The notes beneath the pieces were generated by a model. The model searched no databases, was not told the DNA's origin, and saw only the letters and a program-made list of their open reading frames with translations. The position numbers and the translations under genes were made by a program. From positions 388,236 through 452,235 of the forward strand of contig QPMI01000054.1 of assembly GCA_004431415.1 (NCBI GenBank): DNA of 64,000 nt, in the 5' to 3' direction. This DNA comes from Cyanophora paradoxa CCMP329. Taxonomy: Eukaryota; Plantae; Glaucophyta. Within the stretch, counting starts at the first letter, position 1. Each line of letters starts with the position of its first letter. Below are positions 29,722 to 42,800 of the stretch, in pieces.

Positions 29722-31884
29722 CTAGGAGAAGCTCTGGAGGCCCGGGGCGCGCCGCTCCTGCAGGGCCGCAGCCTCGGCCGCCAGCGAGGGGCCCCGCGGC
29801 GCCGGCCCCCGCCCCGACAGCCACGCGCTGAACGACGCCGGCCGCTGCTGCTGCCGGCTGCGGGCGGCGTGGAGACGGGGGCCGGGCGGAGGCGGAGGCC
29901 GGGCGGGAGGGGGCGCGGTGGCGGCCCGCGGGGCGGAGTTGAGGGCGGGTCGGGGCCGGGGAGAAGGAGGCGGGGCGCCAGAGCCCCTGCCCCAGCCGTC
30001 AAAAGAGCCGCTGGAGCGCACCGAGCGGCCCGCCCACGCGTCGAACTCGCCGCTCGCGGGGCCTGCGGCGGCCGCGGCGGCCGCGGGCGGGGGCGCCGGC
30101 GGGGCGGTGCGGGCGCGGGAGGCCGGGGCGGAGGCGGAGGCGGAGGGGGCGGTGGCGGTGGCGGGGCGGGAGGGGCGGCGGGAGGAGCCCGGGGTGAGGC
30201 CGGAGAGGCGGGAGCGGCTGCCGGGCGGGAGCCGTGGCTCGAGGGCGGGCGCACGGTCTCCAGCTCCGCGTACGCGATCTGCTCCGCCTTGCGGCTCCCG
30301 GCCGCAGCAGCCGCGGCAGCGCCGGCGCCAGCGCGCCCAGGGGGGGCGGCGGCAGGCTCCCGGGCACGGGGCCGCCCGGCAGCAGAGGGGCGGAGAGGGG
30401 CCGGGCCGGCGGGGGCGGGGGGAGCGCGGGGGGCTTCCGAGGGGACAGCTGCGACGGCTGCCAGGACTATCAGCGGGGGCTGCGCAAGCAGGTGGGGGCG
30501 AGAGGGGTACCGGAATGGGAGGGGGCCCGCTGGGGGGCCCGAAGTGGGAACTCTTCCCCGTGGAACCGAACCGGTCCCCGGCCTCCACGTCGAACTCCCC
30601 CGGGCTGCGGGGTACGTGAATCTCGGGCCGCAGGGGCACGAGCAGCCGCGGCCGGGGCCGCGCACCCGGCGCCGCCCTGGCGGATGGCAGCGTAGAGGGC
30701 GAACGGCCCCCCGTTGAACCGATCCAGCGTGTCTGCTCCGAAGTTAGCGACGGGTACGCGCTCCCTGACCGTCTCCAGCCGCGGATCCAGGGGCCTCTGC
30801 GGGGGGCGTAAGGTTTCTGCGTCAACCCGGGGGGGGGGAGGAAGCTGAGGGGGGGTACCATCTCGTCGTAGTAGGACTTCGCGGGGTCGGACGAGGAGGG
30901 CCGGGGGGGCGCCCACGCGATGGCGCCCCTCGAGCCGGCCCCCAGCGGCTCGCCGGGGGCCCCGGGGTACGAGCCCGGGCCCGGGGTGAGGGGCCCGGGG
31001 GACGGGAAGCGGGGGGAGGAGGGCATGAAGGGGGACTGCGGCCGCTCGCGGGTGGGGGAGAGGTTGGGGATCAGGTAGGGGGTACCGGGGGCCTCGGGGG
31101 GCCGGGAGGAGGGGGCGGAGGGGGGCCGGTACTTGACGGCGGCGGGGTGCGGGGGCGGGACGGGTACGTCGAAGGCGCCGGGGGCGCTGGGGCTGTAGAC
31201 GGCCCACTGGTGGGGGAAGAGGGAGACGGGGCGCCCACCCTCGGTCCGCGAGGGGGCGCGCTCCGGGCCCGCGAAGGAGAAGGCGGGCGGCGCGGGGCGC
31301 ACGGCCCCGAGCCTCACGTCGTAGGGCGGGGGCGTGGCGTTCGGGTCGGCCCCCGGCGGCGCTGCGGACCCCGAGGCGACCGGCAGCTGCCAGGGGACGC
31401 CCCGCCGCGGCTCCTCCGGCAGGTCGTAGGCGCCCGGGGCCGGCGTGACGCGCCGCGGCGGCGGGTCCGGGAAGCGAGGCTCCGAGACGAAGGTAGCCGC
31501 CGGCGAGCGCGGACGGACGGCGGCGTCTGCCGTCGGGCTGAGGAAGGGGATGGGCGCCTCGGCGCGCCGCGGGCTTCGCGGGGCGCGGGGCGGGTGAGCG
31601 AACGACGCGGACGCGCGCGACAGGACAGGCGGGGCAGGGCAGGCGCACGAGGGGTGCGGCTGGGCGAACTTGATGGCGACGGGGGCCGGGGGCAGCGGGG
31701 GCGGGTGGAAGGAGCCCGGCGACGACTCCCGCGCGACCTCGAGCTGGTGGGGGAAGAGCGCGACGCCGTTGGTCACCGCGCGCTTCTCCAGCCGCGGCGC
31801 CGGCGAGATGCGCGTGAAGGCCGCGTTCTCCCGCGTCGCCGCGAGGGCGGAGGCGAGGTCCCGCGGCGGCTCCTCCGGCGGCAT
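29722..31884 (-). CDS. Pro-rich protein with ODF3/SHIPPO-type PGPGxY repeats (candidate axonemal microtubule-associated protein)
   Basis: RF...TPAPGAYD, SAPGAFDV, RF...TPGPGSYP, SPGEFDV motifs preceded by F(S/T)F-like elements; internal frameshifts likely. Confidence 0.6.
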   Translation of the reverse strand: MPPEEPPRDLASALAATRENAAFTRISPAPRLEKRAVTNGVALFPHQLEVARESSPGSFHPPPLPPAPVAIKFAQPHPSCACPAPPVLSRASASFAHPPRAPRSPRRAEAPIPFLSPTADAAVRPRSPAATFVSEPRFPDPPPRRVTPAPGAYDLPEEPRRGVPWQLPVASGSAAPPGADPNATPPPYDVRLGAVRPAPPAFSFAGPERAPSRTEGGRPVSLFPHQWAVYSPSAPGAFDVPVPPPHPAAVKYRPPSAPSSRPPEAPGTPYLIPNLSPTRERPQSPFMPSSPRFPSPGPLTPGPGSYPGAPGEPLGAGSRGAIAWAPPRPSSSDPAKSYYDEMVPPLSFLPPPGLTQKPYAPRRGPWIRGWRRSGSAYPSLTSEQTRWIGSTGGRSPSTLPSARAAPGARPRPRLLVPLRPEIHVPRSPGEFDVEAGDRFGSTGKSSHFGPPSGPPPIPVPLSPPPACAAPADSPGSRRSCPLGSPPRSPRPRRPGPSPPLCCRAAPCPGACRRPPWARWRRRCRGCCGREPQGGADRVRGAGDRAPALEPRLPPGSRSRLSGLTPGSSRRPSRPATATAPSASASAPASRARTAPPAPPPAAAAAAAGPASGEFDAWAGRSVRSSGSFDGWGRGSGAPPPSPRPRPALNSAPRAATAPPPARPPPPPGPRLHAARSRQQQRPASFSAWLSGRGPAPRGPSLAAEAAALQERRAPGLQSFS

Positions 31885-32335
31885 CGCTCGCTGTGGGTAA
31901 ACGACGCTCGCGGGGGGCCGCCGCTTCCAACGCCGATTGCCTGGCCAGGTCGCTGGCCAGGACGCTGGCCTCGCCCACGCCGGGGTCAAATCGATCAACG
32001 GCGCTCGGCCACTTGAAGCGCGGTCGCGGATGTGCTTGAAGCTTGCTAAACGCTCTCTAGAAGCGCCAGCAGAGGTGCACGGAGGCCGCTTCAGAGAAGT
32101 GCCATGAAGCTAATCTGGGCGGCGCGCCGAAGATCTGCTGGGCGAGCGCGGCGAAGCTAAGCGTAAAGCTTAAGCTGCGCTGCTGCCCGTTAGCGCTGTC
32201 GCAGCTAGCTTTTGTACATGTGGCCGCGCTCTACAATGTATTCAAGACGCGGGGTCGAATCCTGCCAATCCGGCTTTAGCGTGCCCTGCATATATACGCA
32301 TGCGGCAGTTGCGGCGAGCTCGGAGCGATTGCGAG

Positions 32336-33978
32336 TCAGGGCGGTACAGGCTCGGCCCACAGATGGAGGCTGCGGTCGTAGAAGGAGCAGCTCGCGAGGA
32401 GGCTAGGGACCTCCCCCGCTGCCCCCTCGAGCTCCCCCGTGGCCGCCGCCCCCGCCCCCGCCCAGCTCCAGTCGAGCCCGTACGCCAGCTGGTTCGGTCC
32501 GTGCTCCCGGTGCTCCCCCACGCTCTCCACGCTCGGGCCTGCCGCGGCGTTAGCTTCAGAAGCCGGCCAGCTGCAGGGCACGACTGCGAACCGCCCTCGT
32601 CGAAGCGCAGGACGTGGCACCCGTAGTGCATGCACGCCGCCGCAAGGGTCTCGGGGCGCCTGGGACTGGGGTGCCACCGGATCCGCCTGGGTACGCGGTG
32701 AGACTGACCTCGGGCAGGAGGGTACGGGGAAGCGCGGACCAGACGCCGCCGCCGAGTGCCGCGGTGCAGAGCGGCCTCCGCATGGCTCTCGTGTCCCACA
32801 CCCGAAGCGACTCGTCGTAGCTGGGGGTACGCGATTCAGAGGGTGGGGGTGGGGAACGGGTGGAGAAACAGGCGAACCTCCCTGATGCCAGAATATGCTC
32901 CCTGTGCGGGCTCGAGGCTATGCTGCAGACTCCCGCGCCATGCCTGCGGGGTACAGGTCATCGGAGGGCTCGTGGGTTTACGGGGAGCCCCGCACTCTCG
33001 GCTGGTGAAGGTGGGGGTAGAGCAATCCGTGCGCAGGTCCCACCCTCGGAACAGCGCGTCATCGCCCCCTGGGCAACGGGGTTCGGCGGGGGTAAGGGTA
33101 CAGGAGCCGCGTGCAGGGGGTACCGGAGTAGACGCTATGGGAGGCCCAGGAATCCCACGCGGCGATCCAGGCCTCGAATCCGTGCGCGACCCAGTTCCGC
33201 GTCTTCCGAAGCTGCGCTCCCCCCCTCTCCAGCACCGAAACCGAGCCGTCGGAGTGGCTCACGACCCTGCGCAGCGCGCTCAGCGGCGGCGCACGGGGGC
33301 GCGCGGGTCGGGGTATCGCAAGAGGCGCACGCGCTCATGCCACGGGGCTCCCAGCAGAGCGATAAGCACATGGATCCCTCTTCTGCAACGGGAAGGGACG
33401 AAAGGCGGCGCAGCGAGGGGCCGCCGCCCGCCTCGGCCAGCTCGTCGAGGTACACGCTCCCGTCCGCGCACGCGAGCGCAAGCAGCGCCCGCCCGTCATC
33501 GAGCACGGGGCACCTGCGAGCGCGCTCTCGTTTGCGGTGGCCGCGTGGGCCCTCCGCGCTCGTCGCACCATTTCAGGTCGAAGATGCCGGACGGGACTTC
33601 GCGCTCCTCCCGCGTCTCGAGCCCGAAGGAGCTGCAGGCAGGGTTGAACGATACGCAAGCGCTTGGAATGCGTCGCGAAATGCCCCGCCGCACCCGCCGC
33701 CGCCGCCGCGAACTTCGTACAGGTAACACCGCCCGATGCGGCTCTGCGGCTGCTTGCTGGAGCCCTCGCCGCCGTCGCTCCCGCCGGGCGCGGCGCCTGA
33801 TGGTGGATGTAGACTGTTCAGAGCGCCGATCGGGGCCCGGGCCGCGCGTGGCGGTCTTACTTTCGTCGAGCTGGTAGTTCGCGCAGACCAGCAGCGCCCG
33901 ATGCGGCTCGTGGGGACAGAACTCGCACGCGTCTGCGTTGTTCGCCGTCGTCGCCCGAGCCAGCGCCTTGAGCTGCAT
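32336..33978 (-). CDS. DPH7: Diphthine methyl ester acylhydrolase, WD40 (DPH7/WDR85)
   Basis: [88 protein letters not shown]. Confidence 0.9.
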
Positions 33979-34010
33979 CGTCCAGTCGGGACAGTCGTCG
34001 CCAGTCGAAG

Positions 34011-34042
34011 CTAGGGGGGTAGCAGTCTAGGGGGGTAGCAGT
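34011..34042. promoter_or_regulatory. Tandem 16-bp repeat in the ~100-bp divergent intergenic region between DPH7 and FUN14
   Basis: CTAGGGGGGTAGCAGT x2 between head-to-head ATGs at 33978 and 34082. Confidence 0.45.
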
Positions 34043-34081
34043 CACGGTTCGCGGCCGACACCCAGCCGCAGCATTTTAGCC

Positions 34082-35235
34082 ATGCTCTTCGCTTCTGGGA
34101 TGCGCGCGGTGGCCCTGGGACGTGCCGTGGGCGCGGCGGTGCACGTGGCGCCCGCGTCACGCTGTGCAGCGGCCTCTTCGGCCCGCTTCTCGGTGTCGGC
34201 GGCTCGGCCCGTGGTGCATGCGACCGCGACCGGCGCGACATCGTCGTTCGGCTCCGCGGCGGCTGTGGCTGCGGAGTCCGCTGGCGCACAGGGCGCGCAG
34301 GAGGCAGCAGCCATTAGCAAGCGGGCGCTGCTCCTGGCCTCCGCGCTCCTTTCGGCCGCCACTCTCGTCAGCCAATCCGAGGTACCAGCACTGCCGCTGC
34401 CGTTCACAGCGCCCGTGGCTGGGGCGCTGACAACGGCGTCGGGCTCAGGCCGATTGCGCGAAGGATGACTCGTCCAAGGAGGGCGATGCGGTCATTGACA
34501 TGATCGTCAAGCAGCTTGGTAACGCGGGGGTGAGTGTGCGTTGGTGGCGCTCCGCGGCTCGGTTCTGGCCGCCCGCTCTACCGACACGCCTTCGTGCGGC
34601 TGACCTGCGGCGCAACGCAGGGCTTCCTCGGCGAGAACGTTCACCACGTGGCGCCCGACGTGCGTTTTCGCTTTCGCGTGCTGCGGCGCCCGCCGCCAAG
34701 CCCGCCGCCGCCGAGCCCTCCCGCCGACCCGCGCGTCTCGGCAGGTCACTTTCGGGTTCCTTAGCGGCATCGCGGCTGGCTACGCTGGCAAGCAGATCGG
34801 CAAGTTATCTATGACCGCCTTGGGCCTCATCTTCATCGGACTCCAGGCGCGACTCTCGGATCAAATTTCGCCGCACGCCTGCCCTAACGCCACCGCAGGT
34901 CTCCTCCCACTACGGGTATGTCTCGGTGAACTGGAACGAAATTAGCAAGTCGATGATGAAGCCCCTGGACGGTCCGCGGCACCCCGCGCGCGGCGTACTC
35001 TCGCCAGTGCTGATTTTCGAATGCGCAGTCAACGGCGACGGCAAGGTCGATAACCTCGACTATTCCATCATCGCCGACCGCGTCCTGCGAGTCCTCAAAG
35101 CCAACCGTGCGTTCGGGCCGCGGGCCGTCCGGCGGCCAGAGCATGACTCGCAGCTATATCAAACCTGACGCCCCCGCAGTGCCCGGCGCCGGCGGCTTCG
35201 GCGCCGGCGTGGCGATCGGCCTCAGGCTCGGCTAA
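34082..35235 (+). CDS. FUN14-domain mitochondrial outer-membrane protein
   Basis: QVTFGFLSGIAAGYAGKQIGK, GLIFIGLQ, HYGYVSVNWNEI, DVNGDGKVD, VPGAGGFGAGVAIGL*; Arg/Ala/Ser-rich N-terminus. Confidence 0.85.
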
Positions 35236-35377
35236 GCGCGCAAAGCTGTCCGTTAGCTCCAAGGCTCTAGCTATGGCCTTCTTCCTTGCGACTCGCACGG
35301 TTTCTGTTTTTTGTACATAATGGCTTTGCACTCTGCACGCCTACTAGCCGCGGGGCAGGACATTTCTGGCAGCACCC

Positions 35378-36373
35378 TTACTTGTCCAGAGCCTTCTTGA
35401 TCCTGATCGCCGCGCCGACAGCGCCGCCGATAAGCAGAGCGTTCTGGGCCAGAAAGCTGCGCGCGCAGCGCGTCAGCTAGCGAGCCGGGCGCCCGTAGGT
35501 AGGACTCGGATTCAGTTTAGGACTCGGATTCAGTTTGACGCACGCGGCGATGAAGCCACGGCCGCGCTTCTTCGCATCGGCAGCGTACTGGATGCCGTAG
35601 TCGAGGCGCGCGAGGGCCCAGATGAGGCCGAGGACGCCCGCGAACTCTGGACGAGTCCGGAGTTCGAAGGCGAACGCGAATGCAAAGGAGACGGATGCGC
35701 GGACCTGGGGTCACGAATACGGATGCGGAGAAGAGCTGCGGCGTGGGCGGATAGGCGTGAGCGACGTCGGCGGCGCGGCGATGGCGGCGCGTTGGCGGCG
35801 AGTGGCCCCAATTGCCGAGGCTTGCACACCGAGGGAAGGAGGATGGGAAGCTGCTCCATGGTGTTCTGTAACAGAAAGCTTTAGCCTCTCAATCACCTCT
35901 GGCAAACGGTGAAGCGAGCACCTGGTGCGCCCGGAACACACGCTCGAAATCAGCATTCCCTGCGGCGCGGTCGAACATGCCATCAACGCGGCGGCCAGAG
36001 ATGGGACGCACCGCTGGTCGCCGGCGCCTTGACACCGAACTTCTGCCGCGCGCCACCTGTGACGGCAGAGTCAGGGGCATTCAAGAAGCAGTCGACGGCG
36101 TGGCGGAATCGGCTAGATGCAGCTAAAAGCTTCCAGTGCTTTCAGAACGACCCGGAAAACGGGGGTGCGTCTCTAAGGCCCTCGGCTACAGCGTCAAATG
36201 GCGACTTACGCACCGACGGCGACGGCCTGCGTCTGGTACTGCGTACGTGGCGAGGATTAGCGGCGCCGGTCCATGGTTCCTCATGGGCCGTGACGACGTA
36301 CCACGAACAAGGCCGCCGACGCCGCCAAGGTCGGGTAGGCGAGAGTCTTGAGGCCAAGGTCGAGCCTGGTCAT
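35378..36373 (-). CDS. MAPEG family protein (microsomal glutathione S-transferase/LTC4S-like)
   Basis: RRKFGVKAPATSG, FERVFRAHQNTMEQLP, GLIWALARLDYGIQY, KRGRGF. Confidence 0.88.
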
Positions 36374-36581
36374 CTTGAGGGCGGGCGGTTGCGGGATTCG
36401 GGACTGATGTCCGCTTTCGGGGGGGTACGCTTCGAAAGCCTGCATCAAGCCGTGCGCCGGCGCAGCGCCCCGGCAGCGCTCGCGGCCGACTCGTCGGAAG
36501 TAAACAAGGCGGCGCTTCAACCTCTGCGAGCGGCGCGCGGTCGTAACGGCGATGAGTCGGCCGGTTCATCGGTCAGCGGCG

Positions 36582-38636
36582 ATGCTGGCGCGGCTAAGCG
36601 CTGTCGGGCACACGGCATCCGTCTCGGCGTCATGCAGGAGTGCATACCGACCGTGCGCGGTCAGGCCCATGTTGGATCGCCCGTTTGCCACAACCGTCGC
36701 CGTACAAGCCGGCGCCGCTGGAGCTGCATCGCCCTGGAGAACTATTACGCGACACTTCAGCTGCGTTAAGACGCGCGGGCCGGAGGTCGTCTATTCCCCT
36801 GAAGGACAGATTCTGAGGCGCGTGTGTGAACCGCGCCCCCCTTGGCCTAGGCCGCGCCATATGCATGCGCGCCAGACCCACCAACGAACGAGACTCGGGC
36901 GCGGCGGGCCTGACATCGGCACAGGTACGACTCGGAGCGCGCGTTCAAGTGGCGCATGGCTGCGCAGATGTTCTTCGGGAGGTGACTCAAAGCCCGACGG
37001 CGGCCCAAGCCTAAGCGCCAGACCCCGCGCGCACCAGACCCCGCGCGCGCCAATCCTCCGCGCCCGGCCGCGCAGCGTGCTGGACAAGTACATTCCCCTG
37101 CACGCAGCGATCGGCTGCGCAGCGGCGACGGGCATCGCGTACGTCTTCCCGGGCGAGCTGATCAGCAACACCAACTCCTTGATCCTGCAGACGGCCCGCG
37201 CCCTGTACCCCCGCCCACGCGCGTACCCCCTGACGTCTTCACCCCCAGCTGGTGGCATTCCTGACAGGCCTCTTCCTGTCGACCTGCTTCAACCGCTGGT
37301 GGGCCACCCGCATGCTCCTCCAGACGGTACGGTACCCCCCGAAAGGGACCCCGCCGGGGTCGAACTGTGGTCCGTGCAGGTCATGGGCCAGACATCCAAC
37401 CTTGCGGTGCTTTCGTCGGCCCTTATCCGCGGCGAGACGCCGGCGGAGGAGGCCGAAGCGGCTCAGATCCGAGCCGACATGGTGCCCTCGCCCCCGCCCC
37501 CCCCCCCCCCCCCCCCCTCTTTGCCTTCTCCCCCTGTTAACCCCGGGGCCCTAGGTCCGGTACCTGAACCTGGCCCACGCGCTGGCAAGCAAAGCCTTCA
37601 CCTCTACCCCGGCTTACACGCACGCCGTACCCCCCTCCCCGGCTGAGGTTGGCGTACCCCCAGGTGTACAAGCAGGCGAGAAACGACGGGAACGCGGACG
37701 ACCTGATTGAGAAGGGCCTCGTCACGCCCGAGGAGTGGGCCGAGCTCCGGGGTACGCCGGCGCTGTGGGTAGTCCAGATAGATCATGACGAGGCCTGCGC
37801 GCGTGTGGCGGGACCTGACGCGCGGGGCGGGCAGACATGCCGGCGCGCACGAACGGGGCCTACTTCCTCGCGGCTTCCCGCTACTCCGACGCCGTCCGCA
37901 GCAACCTCGTCGTGGGGGGGTACGCCGTCGCCATCGCGGGAGGGGGGTACACCCGCCCCGGGGGTGCGAGCGTCCGCGCGCAGCCCCGCGGCGGCGACCG
38001 CCCCGATCCTGGGCGCGATCTCCGCCGCCCGCGGCGCGGCGGCCGACATTTTTATGTACGTCAACACGCAGGTATGCGGTACCCCCGGGCGCCGTCTCGC
38101 GGGATTGCTGTGCCCCGCGCCTCATTGGGCCCCGCAGGTCCCCTACACCTACGTGTTTCTCATGGCCGGCATCGTCGTGAGTACTATTTGCGTACCCTTG
38201 CTGCGTAAAGAGCCGAGTGCGCGTACCCTGCAGCGCATTCACATCCTCCTGGTCGTCCTCTTCTCGGCGCACGTGCGCCCCAGCGTCGCATGCCGCGCGT
38301 GTACCCCCTCCGAGCGGCGGTGCCAACCTCCCCCGCAGGTGATCGCTGAGGGGACGCTGGCCAAGCTTGCCTTCGGCTGGCTCTTCGTGGCGACAAACGT
38401 GCCCCCCTCCTCTCCCCTTGCGCTTCCCGCGCTGCGGGGCCCCCCAGGGCTGACGGGGCCGCCCCCAGGTGTGCGTGTACGAGGGGCTGCTGAAGCTGGC
38501 GCGGGAGCTCGAGAACCCCTTCGGGACGGACCCCCTCGACTTCCCCGCGAGCGTCTACCAGCAGGCCACCGCCGCCGGCAGCGCCGCCGTCCTCCGCCTG
38601 GCCGACCACACCCACAAGCGGCGGCGCGCGCAATAG
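36582..38636 (+). CDS. Bestrophin-family anion channel
   Basis: AFLTGLFLSTCFNRWW, RYLNLAHAL, LIEKGLVTPEEW, QVPYTYV, YEGLLKLARELENPFGTDPLDFP. Confidence 0.88.
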
Positions 38637-39283
38637 CCATAGCCTCGGGGCAGAGCCAGGGGGCAGGAGGCAGAGGAGGCAGGGAGGGCTCAGAGGCAGG
38701 AGAGCAGAGATCCAGCGCAGGGCAGCAGTGTTCGACGAGATCCGTAGTTCGTAGGATCCCGGAGATAGCCGTCGATGAATAGATCTAGAATTCGAATTCG
38801 AAGCAGGTGCACGTGGAAGGCGTCGGGCTGAAATTAGAACTCAAGTTTGAATCATCGTGCGCCGGCATGCAGGCCGGGCACCGTTTACACATCACGCGGC
38901 GCGGCCCCCTGCAGCTGGGAGATTCGGCACGCGCACGCTTCAGGTGGGCCCATTGGGTCGGCCGAAAAAAGGCGTCCTAGGCCTCGAGCTCGGTTCGAGG
39001 GCGTGCTGCATCCTGATCCTAGAATAGAATACACCCAGGCTATGTATAGAGCTACCTGCCAAAACAAGCAAAGAGGCCGTGTACGGTGATGCGGGGGAGC
39101 GTGCGGAAGGGGTCTGCGGCGGAGAAGGGGCCGGGGGAGGGGCGAGGAGAGGAGGGCCGGGAGGCCCCCAGTCGGGGGGCGGGGCGGAGGCGGTGAAGTC
39201 GGGGGCTTCCGAAGCGCGGGAGGGGCCGGGGGGCGGCGGGAGAGGAAAAGGGCCTCCCAAGGGGTGGAGGCGGGGGCGGGCGG

Positions 39284-40794
39284 CTAGCCCTTGACGCGCT
39301 GGGCGACGCCGCCCCAGGGGTCGCGCTCCGCGCCCCACTCGGCCCCCGGCTGGCTCCGCGCGTCCCGCCGCGGCCCGTGTCCGCCCTCCTCCTCGCCCCC
39401 GCCGCCGCCGCCGCCCCCGCCCCCGCCGCCGCGGGCGCCGATGGCGGGGAGGACGGACTTCTTGTTGCCGAAGGGCTCGAAGGCCGGCCGGGCGGGCGGG
39501 GCGGGGATGCCCGGGGCAGGGGACTCGGAGGCGGGCGGAGGGGGCCGTGCCGGGGAGAAGGGGTCGGACTTGCGGAGGAGGGCGGCGGCGCTCAGCGGGT
39601 CGACGACCTCGTCGTGCAGCATGGGCGTCGAGCGCGTCTGGCGGGTGACCCCGAGCGGCTTGGGCGGCTCCGGCGGGGCCGGGAGGGACATGGCCGCCAG
39701 CGACGGCTGCTCCATCACCTTCAGCTTCCGCGGCACCGCCGGCGCCGACATCGCCTCCTTCGTCTTCGACTTCTCTGCCCCCGCCGCCCGTCGCCACAGG
39801 CGCGGCGCCGGCGGGCCGGCCGGCCGGAGGGCGGGCGGGGGCGGACCGAAGTGCAGGATCATGTGCAGGCTCCCGCCGGGCTTCATGCTGCGGCGCGGCA
39901 CGGCGCGAGTGAGCGCGGAGGGCGGCGGGGGCGGCGGAGGCGGAGGCGGGATGGCGCGGGGAAGGGGCGGCGCACTTCTTCCTCCAGAGGACGAACCACT
40001 TGTCGCTGTCGTTCCTGCCTTCCTTGATCATGCGATCCTGTCGGCAAAAGGAAAGGTGAGCGGCGGCGAGCGCGGCGCGGCTAAGCGTGGGCCGCACGAA
40101 GTCAATGACGCAGCGGCCCGCCAGGCTCTGTCCGTTCCAGCTGCGCGCAGCCCCGGGAGCGTTAGAGCTAAGCCGCGCGAGCACTGGCGTCAAAGGGTGG
40201 CCGCGCGAAGAGACTTGCCTCTCGTAGTACACCTGCGGAAGTACAGTGAGCATGCGCTCTGCGGCGGCGGGGCGCGGCGGCGCTCACGTCGCCTTGGAAG
40301 GTCCTTTCTGTCTTCTCGGACACTTCCCAATAGAATGCTTCATACCAGAACTGCACCGCGCAGCGTCACGGTGCTGCCAGTAAGGCGCGGCAGCGGGCGC
40401 ACGGGGTTCTGTCCAGCCTCCTTGCACGCTAGCGTCCTCTGCACGCTGCCGTCCGAGAACTGCAGGCCTACTGGTGAGGGGTGGCCAGCGGCGGCGGGCA
40501 TAGGACGGACCGCCAGTTGGACGTAGCAGTCCGGCGCGTTGGCGAGCTTCGGCTTGTGAAGGTCGCGAGCCTCCAGAACTGCACCGGAGCAGTTAGTCGA
40601 GCAGTAGGCAGACTGAAGCCGCGCGAGGAAGCCAAGGGTTGTGGCTCCGATTCACGGGGCGGGATGCGCCGGGCGGCCACAACGCCGCTGGATACAAGCT
40701 AGCGCTACTCTCAGCAGCCAGGGCCGGTCGCACCCTGCACCCGCAGCGTGCCCACGATGGCGCCGCCGTCCGGCCTTCCCGGGCCTTCCGCCAT
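39284..40794 (-). CDS. C2-domain protein with a disordered C-terminus
   Basis: GTLRVQ/VLEARDL..PDCYVQL, QRT..GQNPV/WYEAFYW, LAGRCVIDF, DKWFVL, GGSLHMILHF. Confidence 0.7.
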
Positions 40795-40972
40795 CGCTAC
40801 GAGCGTCTTCAACGCTACAAGCAAGCCGCCTGCATCTCCAGCTGCGCTAAGCTAAGGCTCTCTGTTGCGGGATCTGACGAGTCGAACTCTTGTTGTAGCT
40901 TCTTAGTTGGCTCGATTGTCGTACCCCGGCGTGGGCCTGCGCTGGCCGCAGTCCTGGCCCCTGGGCGCCCCT

Positions 40973-42800
40973 ATGCACAGGTCGGACTCTTCGCAGGTGG
41001 CAGAGCTGCTCGGCGGCCTCGGTGAGCCGCCATACGCATGTTCCCGTGCTTGCCGCAGTGCCTGCGCTGATCGCTCGCTCGGGCAGCGGTGCGCGGAGGA
41101 ACCCCGCGGGCGGTGCCAGCACCCGTGAGGCTGACCCCCGCGGTCGGCGGAGCTCGTCCGTCGTCGGGCGCGGGCCCGCCAGCCTCGCCGCGCGTCCGCC
41201 CGAGCTCAGGGGCTGCAGCGAGAGGACCGGCAGCGGCCGCAAGCCCTAGGGACGCAGCGCAGCCACCTTCGCCCATCGGCAGGGGAGGCGCCGTGGCAGC
41301 CGCGTACGGGCGGGTCTCCGCGCCGGCGCAGCGCCCGTCGGAGCGCCGGGACGCGGCAGCGGCGTTCCAGCAGCCGCGAGCACTCGCTGTAGCTCGCCGC
41401 ACGGAGCCGCTCCCGCCCTCGCCGACCGGAGCCGAGCGCGCCGGCCCTCCTCTGCCGCGGGGCCGCGCGGCCGGCGGCGCGGGGGGCGGCGCCCTCCTCG
41501 TCCCCGTCCGCCGCGGCGCCGGCCGCCCGCCCTTCGTCGGCCCGGACCCAAGCGCCCGCTCCGGCGGGCCGGGCGCGGCCCAGCAGCGGCCGCGGGCCTC
41601 CCCTGACCGCCGAAGACTTCGGCGGGGGCCTGGGCGAGGTGCCTCACGCCGCGCCGCCCGCGCTCTCGTCCCGCCTCGCCTCGCCTCACATTCGGCGGGG
41701 GGCAGATCCTCCCGGCCCGCGTCTCGGTACCCGCCTCCTCCTCCTCCCCCTCTGCCGCCGTGAACGCCGCCGTGGGCCGCCGCTCGGCGGGCCCCTCCTC
41801 CTCCTCCTCCTCGCGCGCCCCCGCGGCCCCCGCACCCCCCTCCTCCCGCGCACCCCGCGCCGGCCCCTCCCGCCTCGCCCGGAACCCAGGTCCGCGCGCG
41901 CGCCCTCCGACTCTCCCGTACCCCCCGAGCGCGCCGCCTTCTCTCCTCACAACCCGGCCCCGCCAGAAGCCAGGGTGGCCTTCACGGGGCGCTCCAACTA
42001 CGACCTCTCCTTCCTCCAGGTGCGGTACCCCCCGCACCCGCACCACACCAAGACGAAGCCCCGCGCCGCGTACCCGCGCGCCGCCGGAGCGGGGCGGCGA
42101 CGCGCCTCCCGCAGGACATGTACAGCGACGATTTCGGGGACCCCGACGACCGGCCCGAGGCGCGGCGCCCCCGCCCCCGCCCCGGAGCGCTGCCTGTACC
42201 CCCCGAGCCTTCGTTCGCCGCAGCGGCTGGACGAGGAGTGGGAGGCGTACTGGCAGTGGGCGTCGGCGGGGGGCGAGGGGGAGGGGGGCCTGCCGGGGGA
42301 CGAGGCGGAGTGGACGTACGAGCGGCTGCTGGCGCTGGACGAGCGCATCGAGCGCAACAACGGCCTCCGCGTCGCCGACTTCCAGCGCCTCCGCCGCGCC
42401 CGCTTCGACGAGCCCGCCCGCCCCCTGTCCGCCCCCGCCCCGCCCCGCCCGCCCTCCCCCTCCCGCCCCTCGCTCTTCGAGCCGCGCCGCAGCGTCGGCG
42501 GCGAGTGCGCCGTGTGCCTGGAGGCCTACAGGGCGCGTTGCCCGCCACCCATCCCCCCCCCCCCTCTTCTAAGGCGGGGGGCAGGGCGGGGAGATGCTGC
42601 GGGTGCTGCCGTGCAGCCACGCCTTCCACGAGGAGTGCCTCAAGCCCTGGTTCAAGGTCCGCCCCAGCGCCCCCGCCCCCGCCCCCTCCGCCACCGCCCC
42701 TGACCCGCCCTGCCCGCAGAACGAGCACACGTGCCCGAACTGCCGGCGGGACCTCCGGAGCCCCGAGGAGGGGGGCGCCGGCGGCCCCTCCGCGCCGTAG
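40973..42800 (+). CDS. RING-H2 E3 ubiquitin ligase (start uncertain)
   Basis: WTYERLLALDERI, CAVCLEAY..LRVLPCSHAFHEECLKPWF..HTCPNCR. Confidence 0.88.
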
